Shown one piece after another: positions 31,164 through 39,935 of a DNA stretch of 64,000 nt. Numbering within the stretch: the first letter of the stretch is position 1; the number at the start of each line of letters is the position of its first letter. Made by a program: the position numbers and the translations under genes. The stretch spans positions 1,184,001-1,248,000 of the forward strand of contig CBDDFZ010000001.1 of NCBI GenBank assembly GCA_965227515.1, in the 5' to 3' direction. The notes under the pieces were generated by a model, which worked only from the letters and a program-made list of their open reading frames with translations, had not been told where the DNA came from and searched no databases. This DNA is from Alphaproteobacteria bacterium. Its GTDB lineage: Bacteria; Pseudomonadota; Alphaproteobacteria; CALKHQ01.

Positions 31164-32504
31164 CTAGAACGAGATCGCGCCGGACAGCGAGATGATGTCG
31201 ACACTGTTCTCGTAGGTCGTCATCAGATTGCCGCGGACCCGGTCGGCGCCGGTGGCGGTCAGGTTGATGTCGCCATCGTCGACGAAGATGTGGGTGTAGG
31301 CAATGTCGAGGCTAACACCCTCCACAGGCTCGTATCCGATGCCGGTGGAAATCCACAGGCGGTCGTTGCCAGGCACCCGCGGCGTGCGCTTGTTGTCCGG
31401 TATCGGCGTCTGGTCGTAGGCGACGCCGAGGCGGAAGTCGAAGTCGCCCGGCGAATAGGTCACGCCCAATGCGGCGAACCAGGTGTCCTCCCAGTTCTCG
31501 GGCGTCACGCTGGCGGCCTGGGCCGGATTGGCGAAGACGATCTCGATGGTCTCGAACGAGCTCCAGTTGGTCCAGGCCAACTCGCCCATCACCGCCCATT
31601 CGTCGTCGAACTCATGGTAGGCGCCGGCCGAGACCACGTGGGGCGTGGACAGGCGGGCCGTCACTTCGGTGTTGACGAACGCGCCGCCCGAACCGGCCGC
31701 GACTGTCGGTCCGATGCCGTTGCCAAGGTCGAACGTCGCATCGCCGTGCAGCTTATGGTTGACCTGCGAGCGGTAGGCGAAGCCGAACCGGGTGCCGTCC
31801 CACGGCTCGAACAGCACGCCCGCGTTCACGCCGAAGCCGATGTCGTCGCCTTCCACCTGGGTGGCGCCGTCGTTGATCAGCGTGCCCGACAATGCGCCGA
31901 CGCCGGCCAGCGTGCCGAAGTCGATGGCCGATTCCAGCTTGGCATAGGCGTACTGGATCTGGGCGCCGACACCGAACGAGAACCAGTCGTTGACCTTGAA
32001 CGCGGCCACCGGGTTGACGTTGACCGTCGCCAGTTCCGAGTAGGTGCCGTGGTAGCGGCCGACGAAGGTGGGGTCGTTCTCGGTCTTCAGGCCATAGGGC
32101 GCCGTCACGCCGATGCCGAGCCGCGCCACCGGGTGCGGCGACCACATGGCGTAGAGTGCGGGGATCGGCACGCCGGACCCGATCTCGCCGGAGCTTGTCG
32201 AGCCCTGGATGGTGGAGCCCAGGGCCGTGGTGGCGGTGGCGGAGTCGGCCCGCGCGCTGGGCAGGATGTAGCTGACGGTGGCGACCAGCTGGTTGCCCTC
32301 GAACCGCGTCAGCCCGGCCGGGTTGAAGAACATGTAGCTGATGTCTTCGGCACCGGCGGTGGCGCCCGCGAACGCGTTGCCCTGGGCCGTGCCGCTCTGT
32401 TCGCGAATGGCGAAACCCGAGGCTTCCGCGACGCCGCACGCCAGGGTCAGCATGGTGCCGCCAAGCAGGACGGCGCGGGACAGCGAGGAAGCGGACTTCG
32501 GCAT
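31164..32504 (-). CDS. OmpP1/FadL outer-membrane long-chain fatty acid transporter
   Basis: 'ASGFAIREQS...GNAFAG...FNPAGL', 'APYGL', terminal Phe. Confidence 0.93.
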   Translation of the reverse strand: MPKSASSLSRAVLLGGTMLTLACGVAEASGFAIREQSGTAQGNAFAGATAGAEDISYMFFNPAGLTRFEGNQLVATVSYILPSARADSATATTALGSTIQGSTSSGEIGSGVPIPALYAMWSPHPVARLGIGVTAPYGLKTENDPTFVGRYHGTYSELATVNVNPVAAFKVNDWFSFGVGAQIQYAYAKLESAIDFGTLAGVGALSGTLINDGATQVEGDDIGFGVNAGVLFEPWDGTRFGFAYRSQVNHKLHGDATFDLGNGIGPTVAAGSGGAFVNTEVTARLSTPHVVSAGAYHEFDDEWAVMGELAWTNWSSFETIEIVFANPAQAASVTPENWEDTWFAALGVTYSPGDFDFRLGVAYDQTPIPDNKRTPRVPGNDRLWISTGIGYEPVEGVSLDIAYTHIFVDDGDINLTATGADRVRGNLMTTYENSVDIISLSGAISF

Positions 32505-32815
32505 GGGGGACCCTCCGAGAAGGCCGTGGCGCCGAAGTATAAGACCGGCCCCCGCGCAAAGGGGCGAAAGGATTAGGCGCCAGCGGCCCGGATTTTCTTG
32601 TTAAGCGCTAGCCTATAGTCGGGCTTCCGCAACACCGCCGTCCAGCCTTTTCGAGGCGATACTGCCCAAAAAGTGTGCGTGTGCGGGCGCCCAGCCACAC
32701 CCGCGCCCGGCTATACCCGCGCCCGGCGAAACGTGGCATGCCGGCACCTGTGCGAACGACGGGTGAGGAATGGCGGAGACGCCGCGCGCCCGGCTGGCGC
32801 GCGAGCCGCGCGGGG

Positions 32816-33223
32816 TCAGTGGGTGATCTTCGGACCCAGCGCCTTGGCCTGATCGACCCAGGACGTGACCTGGCTTGCCGACGGCACCTGGCGCACCAGC
32901 TTCTTGGCCTCGTTCACCTCCACCATCTTGGCGGCCAGGTTCTCGGGCTTGCGGTTGCGCAGTTCCTTGACCGTATCGACGCCGGCGGCCTCAAGCAGTT
33001 CGGAGTATTCCTCGCCAACGCCCTTGATGCGCATGAGGTCGGCCATGTTGGCCCACTTGAGCAACTGAGACTCGGAAAAGCCGGTGGTGCCCGCGGTTTG
33101 CTTGCGCCCCTTCGCCGACGCGCATGCCTCAAGAAGCTTGTCCGTGGTGGTCAGTCCCGCCTCGCTCAGCTTGGCGGTATATTTGGGTCCGATGCCTTCG
33201 ATTTCGCTGATTCTGTAACCCAT
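32816..33223 (-). CDS. DUF4332 helix-hairpin-helix protein
   Basis: 'IEGIGP...KWANMADLMRIKGVGEEYSELLEAAGVDTVKEL'. Confidence 0.9.
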   Translation of the reverse strand: MGYRISEIEGIGPKYTAKLSEAGLTTTDKLLEACASAKGRKQTAGTTGFSESQLLKWANMADLMRIKGVGEEYSELLEAAGVDTVKELRNRKPENLAAKMVEVNEAKKLVRQVPSASQVTSWVDQAKALGPKITH

Positions 33224-33441
33224 GGCGGCGTTTCCTCTCTGATTGGGGGGAATCCACGCGGAATTGCGACGCTACTCTACCTAGCCGGATTCCCCAGCAC
33301 GGACCAGCCCGTTTTCCTTGCATATGCGACAGTTTGCGGACATCGCGATAATGCTAGGATGCACAAGCAGTGTCATTCGGCCTGACGTTGGCGCCCACGC
33401 GGCCCGCCGACCGACCAGGCCATCTACCGCGAGAGGGCCGC

Positions 33442-35046
33442 ATGGGCGAGGGCAACGGAACCCATCCGAACGGGCTATTCATCGGCAAGGGCGACGAGGC
33501 GCAGTACCTCGATCTCGCCTATGCCAACCGGCACGGTTTGATCACCGGCGCCACCGGCACCGGCAAGACCGTGACCCTGCAGATCCTGGCCCAGGGTTTC
33601 TCGGACGCCGGCGTGCCGGTCTTCGCGCCGGATATCAAGGGCGACCTCGCCGGCATCTCGCAGGCCGGCGAGATGAAGGATTTTCTCACCAAGCGCGCCA
33701 ACACCATCGGTCTCGACCCCTACGTCATGGGTGGCGCGCCGGTGGCGTTCTGGGACCTGTTCGGCGAGGACGGCCATCCGGTGCGCACAACCGTTTCGGA
33801 GATGGGCCCGCTGCTGCTGTCGCGGCTGATGGGGCTGAACGACGTGCAGTCCGGCGTGCTCGACATCGCGTTCCGCATCGCCGACGAGCAGGGCCTGCTG
33901 GTGCTCGACCTGAAGGACCTGCGCGCCCTGCTGGTCCATGTCGCAGAGCAGGCGAAGGACATCTCGATCACCTATGGCCAGGTCAGCCGGACCTCGGTCG
34001 GCGCAATCCAGCGCCGTTTGCTGTCGCTAGAGGAACAGGGCGGCGACAAGTTCTTCGGCGAGCCTGCGCTGGCGCTTTCGGACCTGATGCGCAAGGACAG
34101 CGCCGGGCGGGGCGTGGTCAACATCCTCTCCGCCTCCGCGCTGATGACCGAGCCGAAGCTCTACGCCACCTTCCTGATGTGGCTGCTGGCCGAACTGTTC
34201 GAGCAATTGCCGGAAGTGGGCGACCCGGACAAGCCGAAGCTGGTGTTCTTCTTCGACGAGGCGCACATGCTGTTCCGCGACGCGCCGCCGGCACTGGTGG
34301 AGAAGATCGAGCAACTGGTGCGGCTGATCCGGTCCAAGGGCGTCGGCGTGTTTTTCGTGACCCAGAGCCCGCTCGATATTCCGGACCGGGTGCTGGGCCA
34401 GCTCGCCTGCCGTATCCAGCACGCGCTACGCGCCTTTACCCCGCGCGACCGCAAGGCGATCGCCGCGGTCGGCGACACCTTCCGCCAGAACCCGAAGTTC
34501 GACGCCTCGGCGGTGATCCCCGAACTCGGCATCGGCGAGGCGCTGGTCTCCACGCTGCAGGCCAAGGGCGTGCCCTCGATGGTGGATCGCACGCTGATCA
34601 GGCCGCCGGCCTCGCGCATGGGCCCGATCAGCGAGCAGGAACGGGCGGCGATACTGGGCGAGAGCCCATTGCGGGCGATCTATGGAAAGGCGATCGACCG
34701 CAAGTCGGCCTACGAGATGCTGCAGGGACGGGCCGACGAACGGCCGATGGACCGCGCCGGCGACGGCGATTACGAAGGCTGGGGCCGCCCGGCCAGGACA
34801 GGCGGCGGCTGGGGTGCCGCCGGGTCGACCGAACGCGCCGAGGTGCAGCGCGACGAGCAGCCGCGCGCGCGGTATTCCCGCGACCGCACCTCCGGCGACG
34901 ATGGATGGGGCAAATCGAAGTCCCGGTCGTCCAGCCGGCAGACCGCAGGCGAGGCATTCATCAAGTCATTGTCGCGCAGCGCCGGCACCCAGATCGGCCG
35001 CCAGCTCACCCGGGGCCTGCTCGGCTCGCTGTTCGGCGGGCGTTAG
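33442..35046 (+). CDS. DUF853 / HerA-like ATPase (YjgR family)
   Basis: '[15 protein letters not shown]', '[12 protein letters not shown]', '[14 protein letters not shown]', 'QHALRAFTP'. Confidence 0.93.
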   Translation: MGEGNGTHPNGLFIGKGDEAQYLDLAYANRHGLITGATGTGKTVTLQILAQGFSDAGVPVFAPDIKGDLAGISQAGEMKDFLTKRANTIGLDPYVMGGAPVAFWDLFGEDGHPVRTTVSEMGPLLLSRLMGLNDVQSGVLDIAFRIADEQGLLVLDLKDLRALLVHVAEQAKDISITYGQVSRTSVGAIQRRLLSLEEQGGDKFFGEPALALSDLMRKDSAGRGVVNILSASALMTEPKLYATFLMWLLAELFEQLPEVGDPDKPKLVFFFDEAHMLFRDAPPALVEKIEQLVRLIRSKGVGVFFVTQSPLDIPDRVLGQLACRIQHALRAFTPRDRKAIAAVGDTFRQNPKFDASAVIPELGIGEALVSTLQAKGVPSMVDRTLIRPPASRMGPISEQERAAILGESPLRAIYGKAIDRKSAYEMLQGRADERPMDRAGDGDYEGWGRPARTGGGWGAAGSTERAEVQRDEQPRARYSRDRTSGDDGWGKSKSRSSSRQTAGEAFIKSLSRSAGTQIGRQLTRGLLGSLFGGR

Positions 35047-35182
35047 AGCGCCGCGAAACTCATTCCGCGTAGATGGGCTAACGGCCCTTGTTTGGTGGCG
35101 TGCATGAGTGGTCGTCCCTCAAGATGTCGGTGTCATACACGGAGTCGGGTTTGCCGCTCCAAGACATCGAGGAGAGACGACC

Positions 35183-36226
35183 ATGAACTACTATGCCGGG
35201 ATTGACGTTTCTTTGGAATGGTCATCGGTATGCGTTGTTGACGGCGCGGGCGGGATTGTCTGCGAGGCTCGTATTGCGAGCACGCCGGCGGGTTTGTTGT
35301 TGTGGTTTGGGTCTTTGGGGATTTCGGTTGAGCGGATTGGTCTTGAGGCGGGGCCGTTGTCGCAATGGCTTGTGCGGGAGTGCGCGCAGGGCGGTCTTTC
35401 GGTTGAGTTGCTGGAGACGCGTCATGTTGCGCGGGCCCTTTCGACGATGCCGGTGAAGTCGGACCGCTCGGACGCACGCGGGATTGCTCAGCTGATGCGT
35501 GTGGGCTGGTTTCGTCCGGTTCACTGCAAGTCTTTGGCGGCCCAGGAGATGCGGGCCCTTTTGAAGGGTCGCGACCAGCTCCGCGCGAAGCTGCACGATC
35601 TTGAGATGCACCTTCGTGGTCAGCTGCGGAACTTCGGGCTGAAGGTAGGGCACACCACCAGGCGCAGCTTTTCGACACGTATTTCGGAGCTTGTGGCGGG
35701 GCATCCGGTACTGGAGGCGGTGGCGGGGGCGCTGCTGTCGGCACGCGATGGCCTGTTGCTATCGTTCACGGCGCTGGACCGGCAGGTCCGGGCGGCGGCG
35801 CAGGCCGACGATCGCGCTCGCCTGCTGATGACGGTGCCGGGCGTGGGGAGCATTGTCGGACTGACCTACTTGTCGGGAGTGGACGACCCCGGGCGGTTTG
35901 CCTCGTCGCGCCTGGTGGGTGCGCACTTCGGCCTGACGCCGACCAAGCGCCAGTCGGGCGAGAGCGAGGTGATGGGGCGGATATCGAAGGTAGGGGACGC
36001 CGATGTGCGCTCGGCCCTCTATGAGGCGGCACACGTGGTTCTGACCCGGCCGATCGAGGGCGGCTGGCTGAAGAGCTGGGCGATGAAGCTGGCCAGGCGT
36101 GCGGGCATGAGGAAGGCGAAGGTCGCGCTGGCGCGCCGGCTCGCCGTGATCATGCACCGGATGTGGGTTGACGGCACACCGTTCAACCATGCCGGACCGG
36201 TGCGCCCGGCGATGGCGACAGCATGA
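35183..36226 (+). CDS. IS110-family recombinase/transposase
   Basis: DEDD residues in 'AGIDVS', 'GLEAG', 'KSDRSDA'; Tnp-domain 'GLTPTKRQSG' with catalytic Ser; GAGGAG RBS. Confidence 0.96.
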   Translation: MNYYAGIDVSLEWSSVCVVDGAGGIVCEARIASTPAGLLLWFGSLGISVERIGLEAGPLSQWLVRECAQGGLSVELLETRHVARALSTMPVKSDRSDARGIAQLMRVGWFRPVHCKSLAAQEMRALLKGRDQLRAKLHDLEMHLRGQLRNFGLKVGHTTRRSFSTRISELVAGHPVLEAVAGALLSARDGLLLSFTALDRQVRAAAQADDRARLLMTVPGVGSIVGLTYLSGVDDPGRFASSRLVGAHFGLTPTKRQSGESEVMGRISKVGDADVRSALYEAAHVVLTRPIEGGWLKSWAMKLARRAGMRKAKVALARRLAVIMHRMWVDGTPFNHAGPVRPAMATA

Positions 36227-36254
36227 TGGCCGCGGCATAAGGAGAACCGACACA

Positions 36255-36460
36255 CGAGCTTCGACGGGCACCGACACCGGCCCGTCGAGCGCCGTCCCGC
36301 GCCGGGACGATGGATCAGGTCAGGCCGCCATCCGGGATGTCGCCTCGCATGAGAGCACGCTTCCGTAGATTGGACCGACCGATCCTCGCATATCCATCTT
36401 GGCGGCGGCCCTGCGCCGACCCCGTACAGAAGCATGACCCAGGCGCCGGGACGACGAAAA
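36255..36460 (+). ncRNA. Putative bridge RNA/seekRNA
   Basis: Stem-loops flank CATCCGGG and CGTAG (target matches) and CCATCTT and TACAGAAG (donor-junction matches). Ends are approximate. Confidence 0.75.
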
Positions 36461-36490
36461 AGGGATTGACCAACAATGGCCCGTTACAGA

Positions 36491-36590
36491 AGCCCGGATG
36501 CAGCGGCGCGCAATCCGGGGCCTTTAGTGCTGGAAGGCTGGGCGATGGAAGGTATGTCCCCGGGTTTCGCTGCGCTCCACCCGGGCTACG
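36491..36590. repeat. GTAG-type REP doublet (IS target), with its first bases left at 35068-35072
   Basis: CGTAG|CCCGGATGCAGCGGCGCGCAATCCGGGG ... CCCCGGGTTTCGCTGCGCTCCACCCGGGCTACG. Confidence 0.85.
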
Positions 36591-36623
36591 ATTGTTGGTG
36601 CCTTCCGATCGCAACGGTCATGC

Positions 36624-36653
36624 AAAAGGCCGCGCCCAAAGAAGGACGCGGCC
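36624..36653 (-). terminator. Rho-independent terminator candidate for the TelA gene
   Basis: - strand GGCCGCGTCC-TTCTTT-GGGCGCGGCC followed by TTTT. Confidence 0.6.
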
Positions 36654-36680
36654 CTTGGCAGTTCGATTCTGAAGTGAGCG

Positions 36681-37835
36681 TCAGGCGGTGGCCTGGGCGG
36701 CGCGCTGCAGCGATTCCTTCAGCTTGTTCTCGGCGTCGATCAGGTCCTGTTCCGCCGCGCGGCGCTTGGTGCGCCCTTCCTCGGCGATGCGGATCGAATC
36801 CTCGATGGTGCCGATCAGGTTCTCGTTCGCCGCCTTCACGACCTCGATGTCGTAGATGCCGCGCTCCATCTGCTCGCGGATCTGCGCGTTGGACTGGCGC
36901 AGATTTGCGGCGTTGGCGCTCAGCAGCTCGTTGTTCAGGTCGTGGACCGCCTTCACCGTCTCGCCGGCCTCCGCCGCGCGATACATGGTCACCGCCTGGG
37001 CGAGCTGGGTCTTCCACAGCGGGACGGTGTTCAGGAGGGCGGACTGGATCTTGTTGACCAGCATCTTGTCGTTTTCCTGCACCAGCCGGATGGAGGGCAG
37101 GGACTGCATGACGACGGTGCGGGTCAGCTTCAGGTCGTGGACCCGGCGCTCCAGCTCGTCGCGCGCCGAACTCAGGTCGCGCAGCGCCTGGGCATCGGCC
37201 ATGTCGCCGGTTTCCTCGGCCTTCTTCGCCAGCGCCGGGATGTCGGTCTCGTCCAGCCGGCGCAGCTTCTCCTCGCCGGCGGCGATGTAGTCGGCCAGCT
37301 CGTGGAAATACTCCAGCGTCGACTCATACAGCCGGTCGAGCATCAGGATGTCCTTCAGGAGCTGCTGCTTGTGCTTGTCCAGCGTGTTGGTCAGGCTGTC
37401 GATCTGGTTGCCGACGGTCTCGTACTGCTGGATGAAGCGGGCCACCGGCGAGATGGCACCGAACATGCGCGCGATGAAGCCCGGCTTCTTGCCGTCCTTC
37501 AGGTCGTCGATCTCCAGGCCGCGTACCTGGAGCATCATGTTGTTGAGCGCTTCGCCGGCCGGGCCGGTGTCCTTGTTGCGCACGCCTTCCAGCATGGTTT
37601 CCGACACTTCGGTCACCTGGCGCTGGGCCTGTACGCCAAAGGCGATGATCGAGTGCGAATCGCTCATGTCGATCTGCTCGATCAGACTCTCTATCTTCTG
37701 CTTCTCTTCCGCCGACGCCTCGTTGTAGACGACGATGTTGGCGGCAGGTTCGGTCAGCGTCTTCAGCGCCTCGTCAGGCACTTCGGTTGCGGTCACGGTG
37801 GGTGCGGCAACCGTCTGGGTCTGGGTCTCGCTCAT
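36681..37835 (-). CDS. Toxic anion resistance protein (TelA family)
   Basis: 'AFGVQAQ', 'LERRVHDLKLTR...QSLPSIRLVQEND', 'TVPLWKTQLAQA'. Confidence 0.9.
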   Translation of the reverse strand: MSETQTQTVAAPTVTATEVPDEALKTLTEPAANIVVYNEASAEEKQKIESLIEQIDMSDSHSIIAFGVQAQRQVTEVSETMLEGVRNKDTGPAGEALNNMMLQVRGLEIDDLKDGKKPGFIARMFGAISPVARFIQQYETVGNQIDSLTNTLDKHKQQLLKDILMLDRLYESTLEYFHELADYIAAGEEKLRRLDETDIPALAKKAEETGDMADAQALRDLSSARDELERRVHDLKLTRTVVMQSLPSIRLVQENDKMLVNKIQSALLNTVPLWKTQLAQAVTMYRAAEAGETVKAVHDLNNELLSANAANLRQSNAQIREQMERGIYDIEVVKAANENLIGTIEDSIRIAEEGRTKRRAAEQDLIDAENKLKESLQRAAQATA

Positions 37836-38068
37836 ATTGGTTTCCCCGCTGGAGGCAGCTTGGCGAACAGATCAGCCCTTATAGCCCAATTGCCGATAAC
37901 CACCAACGGCCCGCATCGCCGCCGAAAATGCCGGGTCGCGTGTGGGGGCGCGGGCACATCGCGGCCGTTTGGACATGGCCACATTGTCTCACGGCAGGCC
38001 GGGTGCTATGTGCTGCCCGTCCGTCGGCGACGCGCCGACCCGAAATTGCCGGAGCGCCGTTTGCCGCC

Positions 38069-38863
38069 ATGACGCATCAAGCGTCCACCCCCCAAGCGTC
38101 GACCAATGACTCCGCCGATTCCGCTACCGCTGTCGAGGTTTCCGTCGTCGTGCCGGTGAAGGACGAGGCCGACAACATCCTGCCGCTGATCGCGGAGATC
38201 GACGCCGCACTGACCGGCCGCCACGCTCATGAGATCGTCTATGTCGACGATGGCAGCGGCGACGCCACGCCGGCGCGCCTGCAGGAGGCGAAGGCGCGCT
38301 TCGGCCAGGTGCGGGTGCTGCGCCACGCCAATTCCTGCGGCCAGAGCCGGGCGGTGCGGACCGGCGTGCTGCATGCCCACGGCCGGCTGGTCGCGACCCT
38401 GGACGGCGACGGCCAGAACGACCCGGCCGACATCCCGGCGCTGCTGGCGAAGTTCGCGGCGGAGGAGAACACTGGCGGCGGGCAGCCCTTGGGCATGGTC
38501 GCCGGCCAACGCGCCAAGCGCCAGGACAGCTGGGTCAAGCGCCGCTCGTCGCGGATCGCCAACGGCATCCGCCAGCGCCTGCTGAACGACGACTGCCGCG
38601 ACACCGGCTGCGGGCTGAAGGTGTTCTCGCGCGAATGCTTCCTTGCGCTGCCGTATTTCGACCATGTACACCGATTCCTGCCTGCCCTGGCCAAGCGCGA
38701 GGGCTATCGAGTCGCCTTCGTCGATGTGAACCACCGCCCGCGCACCCGCGGCCAGTCGAAATACGGCGTCATGAACCGGCTGTGGGTCGGCATTGTCGAT
38801 TTGCGCGGGGTGATGTGGTTGAACCGGCGCAGCCGCCGGCCCGACAACATCGAAGAGGTCTAG
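38069..38863 (+). CDS. Glycosyltransferase family 2 (polyprenol-phosphate/ArnC-like)
   Basis: 'VVVPVKDE', 'YVDDGSGD', 'TLDGDGQNDP', 'DTGCGLKVF', 'HRFLP'. Confidence 0.92.
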   Translation: MTHQASTPQASTNDSADSATAVEVSVVVPVKDEADNILPLIAEIDAALTGRHAHEIVYVDDGSGDATPARLQEAKARFGQVRVLRHANSCGQSRAVRTGVLHAHGRLVATLDGDGQNDPADIPALLAKFAAEENTGGGQPLGMVAGQRAKRQDSWVKRRSSRIANGIRQRLLNDDCRDTGCGLKVFSRECFLALPYFDHVHRFLPALAKREGYRVAFVDVNHRPRTRGQSKYGVMNRLWVGIVDLRGVMWLNRRSRRPDNIEEV

Positions 38864-38875
38864 GCTTGACCAACT

Positions 38876-38978
38876 AAGTCGGTACCGGCCCTCTCCCCCA
38901 CCCGGCCACCCAGGCACTATACTTTCGTTGGGCGGCCGGGTGGGGGAGAGGGCTGGCGCAGACTTCAGCGTAAGCTGA
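38876..38978 (-). repeat. Family B hairpin
   Basis: Reverse complement of the 8190 copy, including TCAGCGTAAGCTGA. Loop ACGAAAGTAT on the - strand. Confidence 0.9.
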
Positions 38979-39030
38979 CCACGATACGGCTTGACCTACC
39001 GACCGTGCACCAGACGAGAGAAGTGACCGC

Positions 39031-39378
39031 GTGCTGGACGACATTCTCGAATATTTCCAACTGACGGACCTGAGCGCCGGCGACATCATCTGGTACGCCG
39101 TCGGCTTCTTCGGCCAGTTCCTGTTCTTCCTGCGCTGGGTGGTGCAGTGGCTGATGAGCGAGCGCCGCCGCCGCAGCGTCATCCCGCTGGTGTTCTGGTA
39201 CTTCAGCGTCGTCGGCGGCCTGACGTCGCTGGTCTATGCCGTCTACATCCAGGACCCGGTGATCACGCTGGCCAACCTGTTCAACTCCATCGTCTATATC
39301 CGCAACCTGATCCTGATCTACCGCGAGAAGACCGAAACGCGCGCGGCGGCCGACGATGCCGCGCCCGCGGCGCGGTAG
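39031..39378 (+). CDS. Lipid-A-disaccharide synthase N-terminal domain (LAB_N) protein
   Basis: 'GFFGQFLFFLRWVVQWLMSERRRRSVIPLVFWYFS...YIRNL'. Confidence 0.9.
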   Translation: MLDDILEYFQLTDLSAGDIIWYAVGFFGQFLFFLRWVVQWLMSERRRRSVIPLVFWYFSVVGGLTSLVYAVYIQDPVITLANLFNSIVYIRNLILIYREKTETRAAADDAAPAAR

Positions 39379-39396
39379 CGGCCAGCCATTGCCGCA

Positions 39397-39846
39397 ATGA
39401 CCGAACTTGCCGGCCCGGTTCCGAAGCCCGGCGCGGGCGTGGTGGTGGTTCGCGGCGACGAGGTTCTGCTGATCAAGCGCGGCAAGCCGCCGAGAATGGG
39501 CGATTGGAGCATTCCCGGCGGCCGTCAGGAGCCGGGTGAGACCATCCGCGAGTGCGCGTTGCGCGAGGTGAAGGAGGAGACCGGCCTCGACGTCGAGCTG
39601 GCCGGCCTGGTCGATGCCGTCGACATCATCGTGCGCGACGACGATGGCGTCATCACCATGCAGTACATGCTGGCTGACTTCGCCGCGCGCTGGGCCGGCG
39701 GCGAGGCCGTGGCCGGCGGCGACGCCGCGTCGGTGCATTGGGTGGCGCATGCCGACGTGCCGTCGCTCGGGCTGTGGTCGGAGACCGTGCGGGTGATCGA
39801 CGAAGCGGTCGCGCTGGTGAAGGAAAAGGCTGCCCGGGCCGGCTGA
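39397..39846 (+). CDS. NUDIX hydrolase
   Basis: Nudix box 'GGRQEPGETIRECALREVKEETGL'. Confidence 0.93.
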   Translation: MTELAGPVPKPGAGVVVVRGDEVLLIKRGKPPRMGDWSIPGGRQEPGETIRECALREVKEETGLDVELAGLVDAVDIIVRDDDGVITMQYMLADFAARWAGGEAVAGGDAASVHWVAHADVPSLGLWSETVRVIDEAVALVKEKAARAG

Positions 39847-39935
39847 GGTTGGTGGGGGGACAGGCCGGCCCGGGCCAGTTTTGGCGCCGTTGGTGCGTGC
39901 GAACAGGAGACGGCGCCAAAGTCGTCGATGGGGTG

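Larger units (their letters stand above)
35071..36492 (+). mobile_element. Complete IS110-family (IS1111 group) insertion sequence
   Basis: AG core at both ends (35071-72, 36491-92). Subterminal IRs TAACGGCCCTTGTTTGGT (35079-96) and ACCAACAATGGCCCGTTA (36469-86). Long 3' non-coding end. Removing the element restores a REP. Confidence 0.9.

Noticed and set aside
33442-35046. HerA-based anti-phage system
   Set aside because: Motifs are those of the widespread DUF853/YjgR family; no SIR2, NurA or nuclease partner is adjacent.
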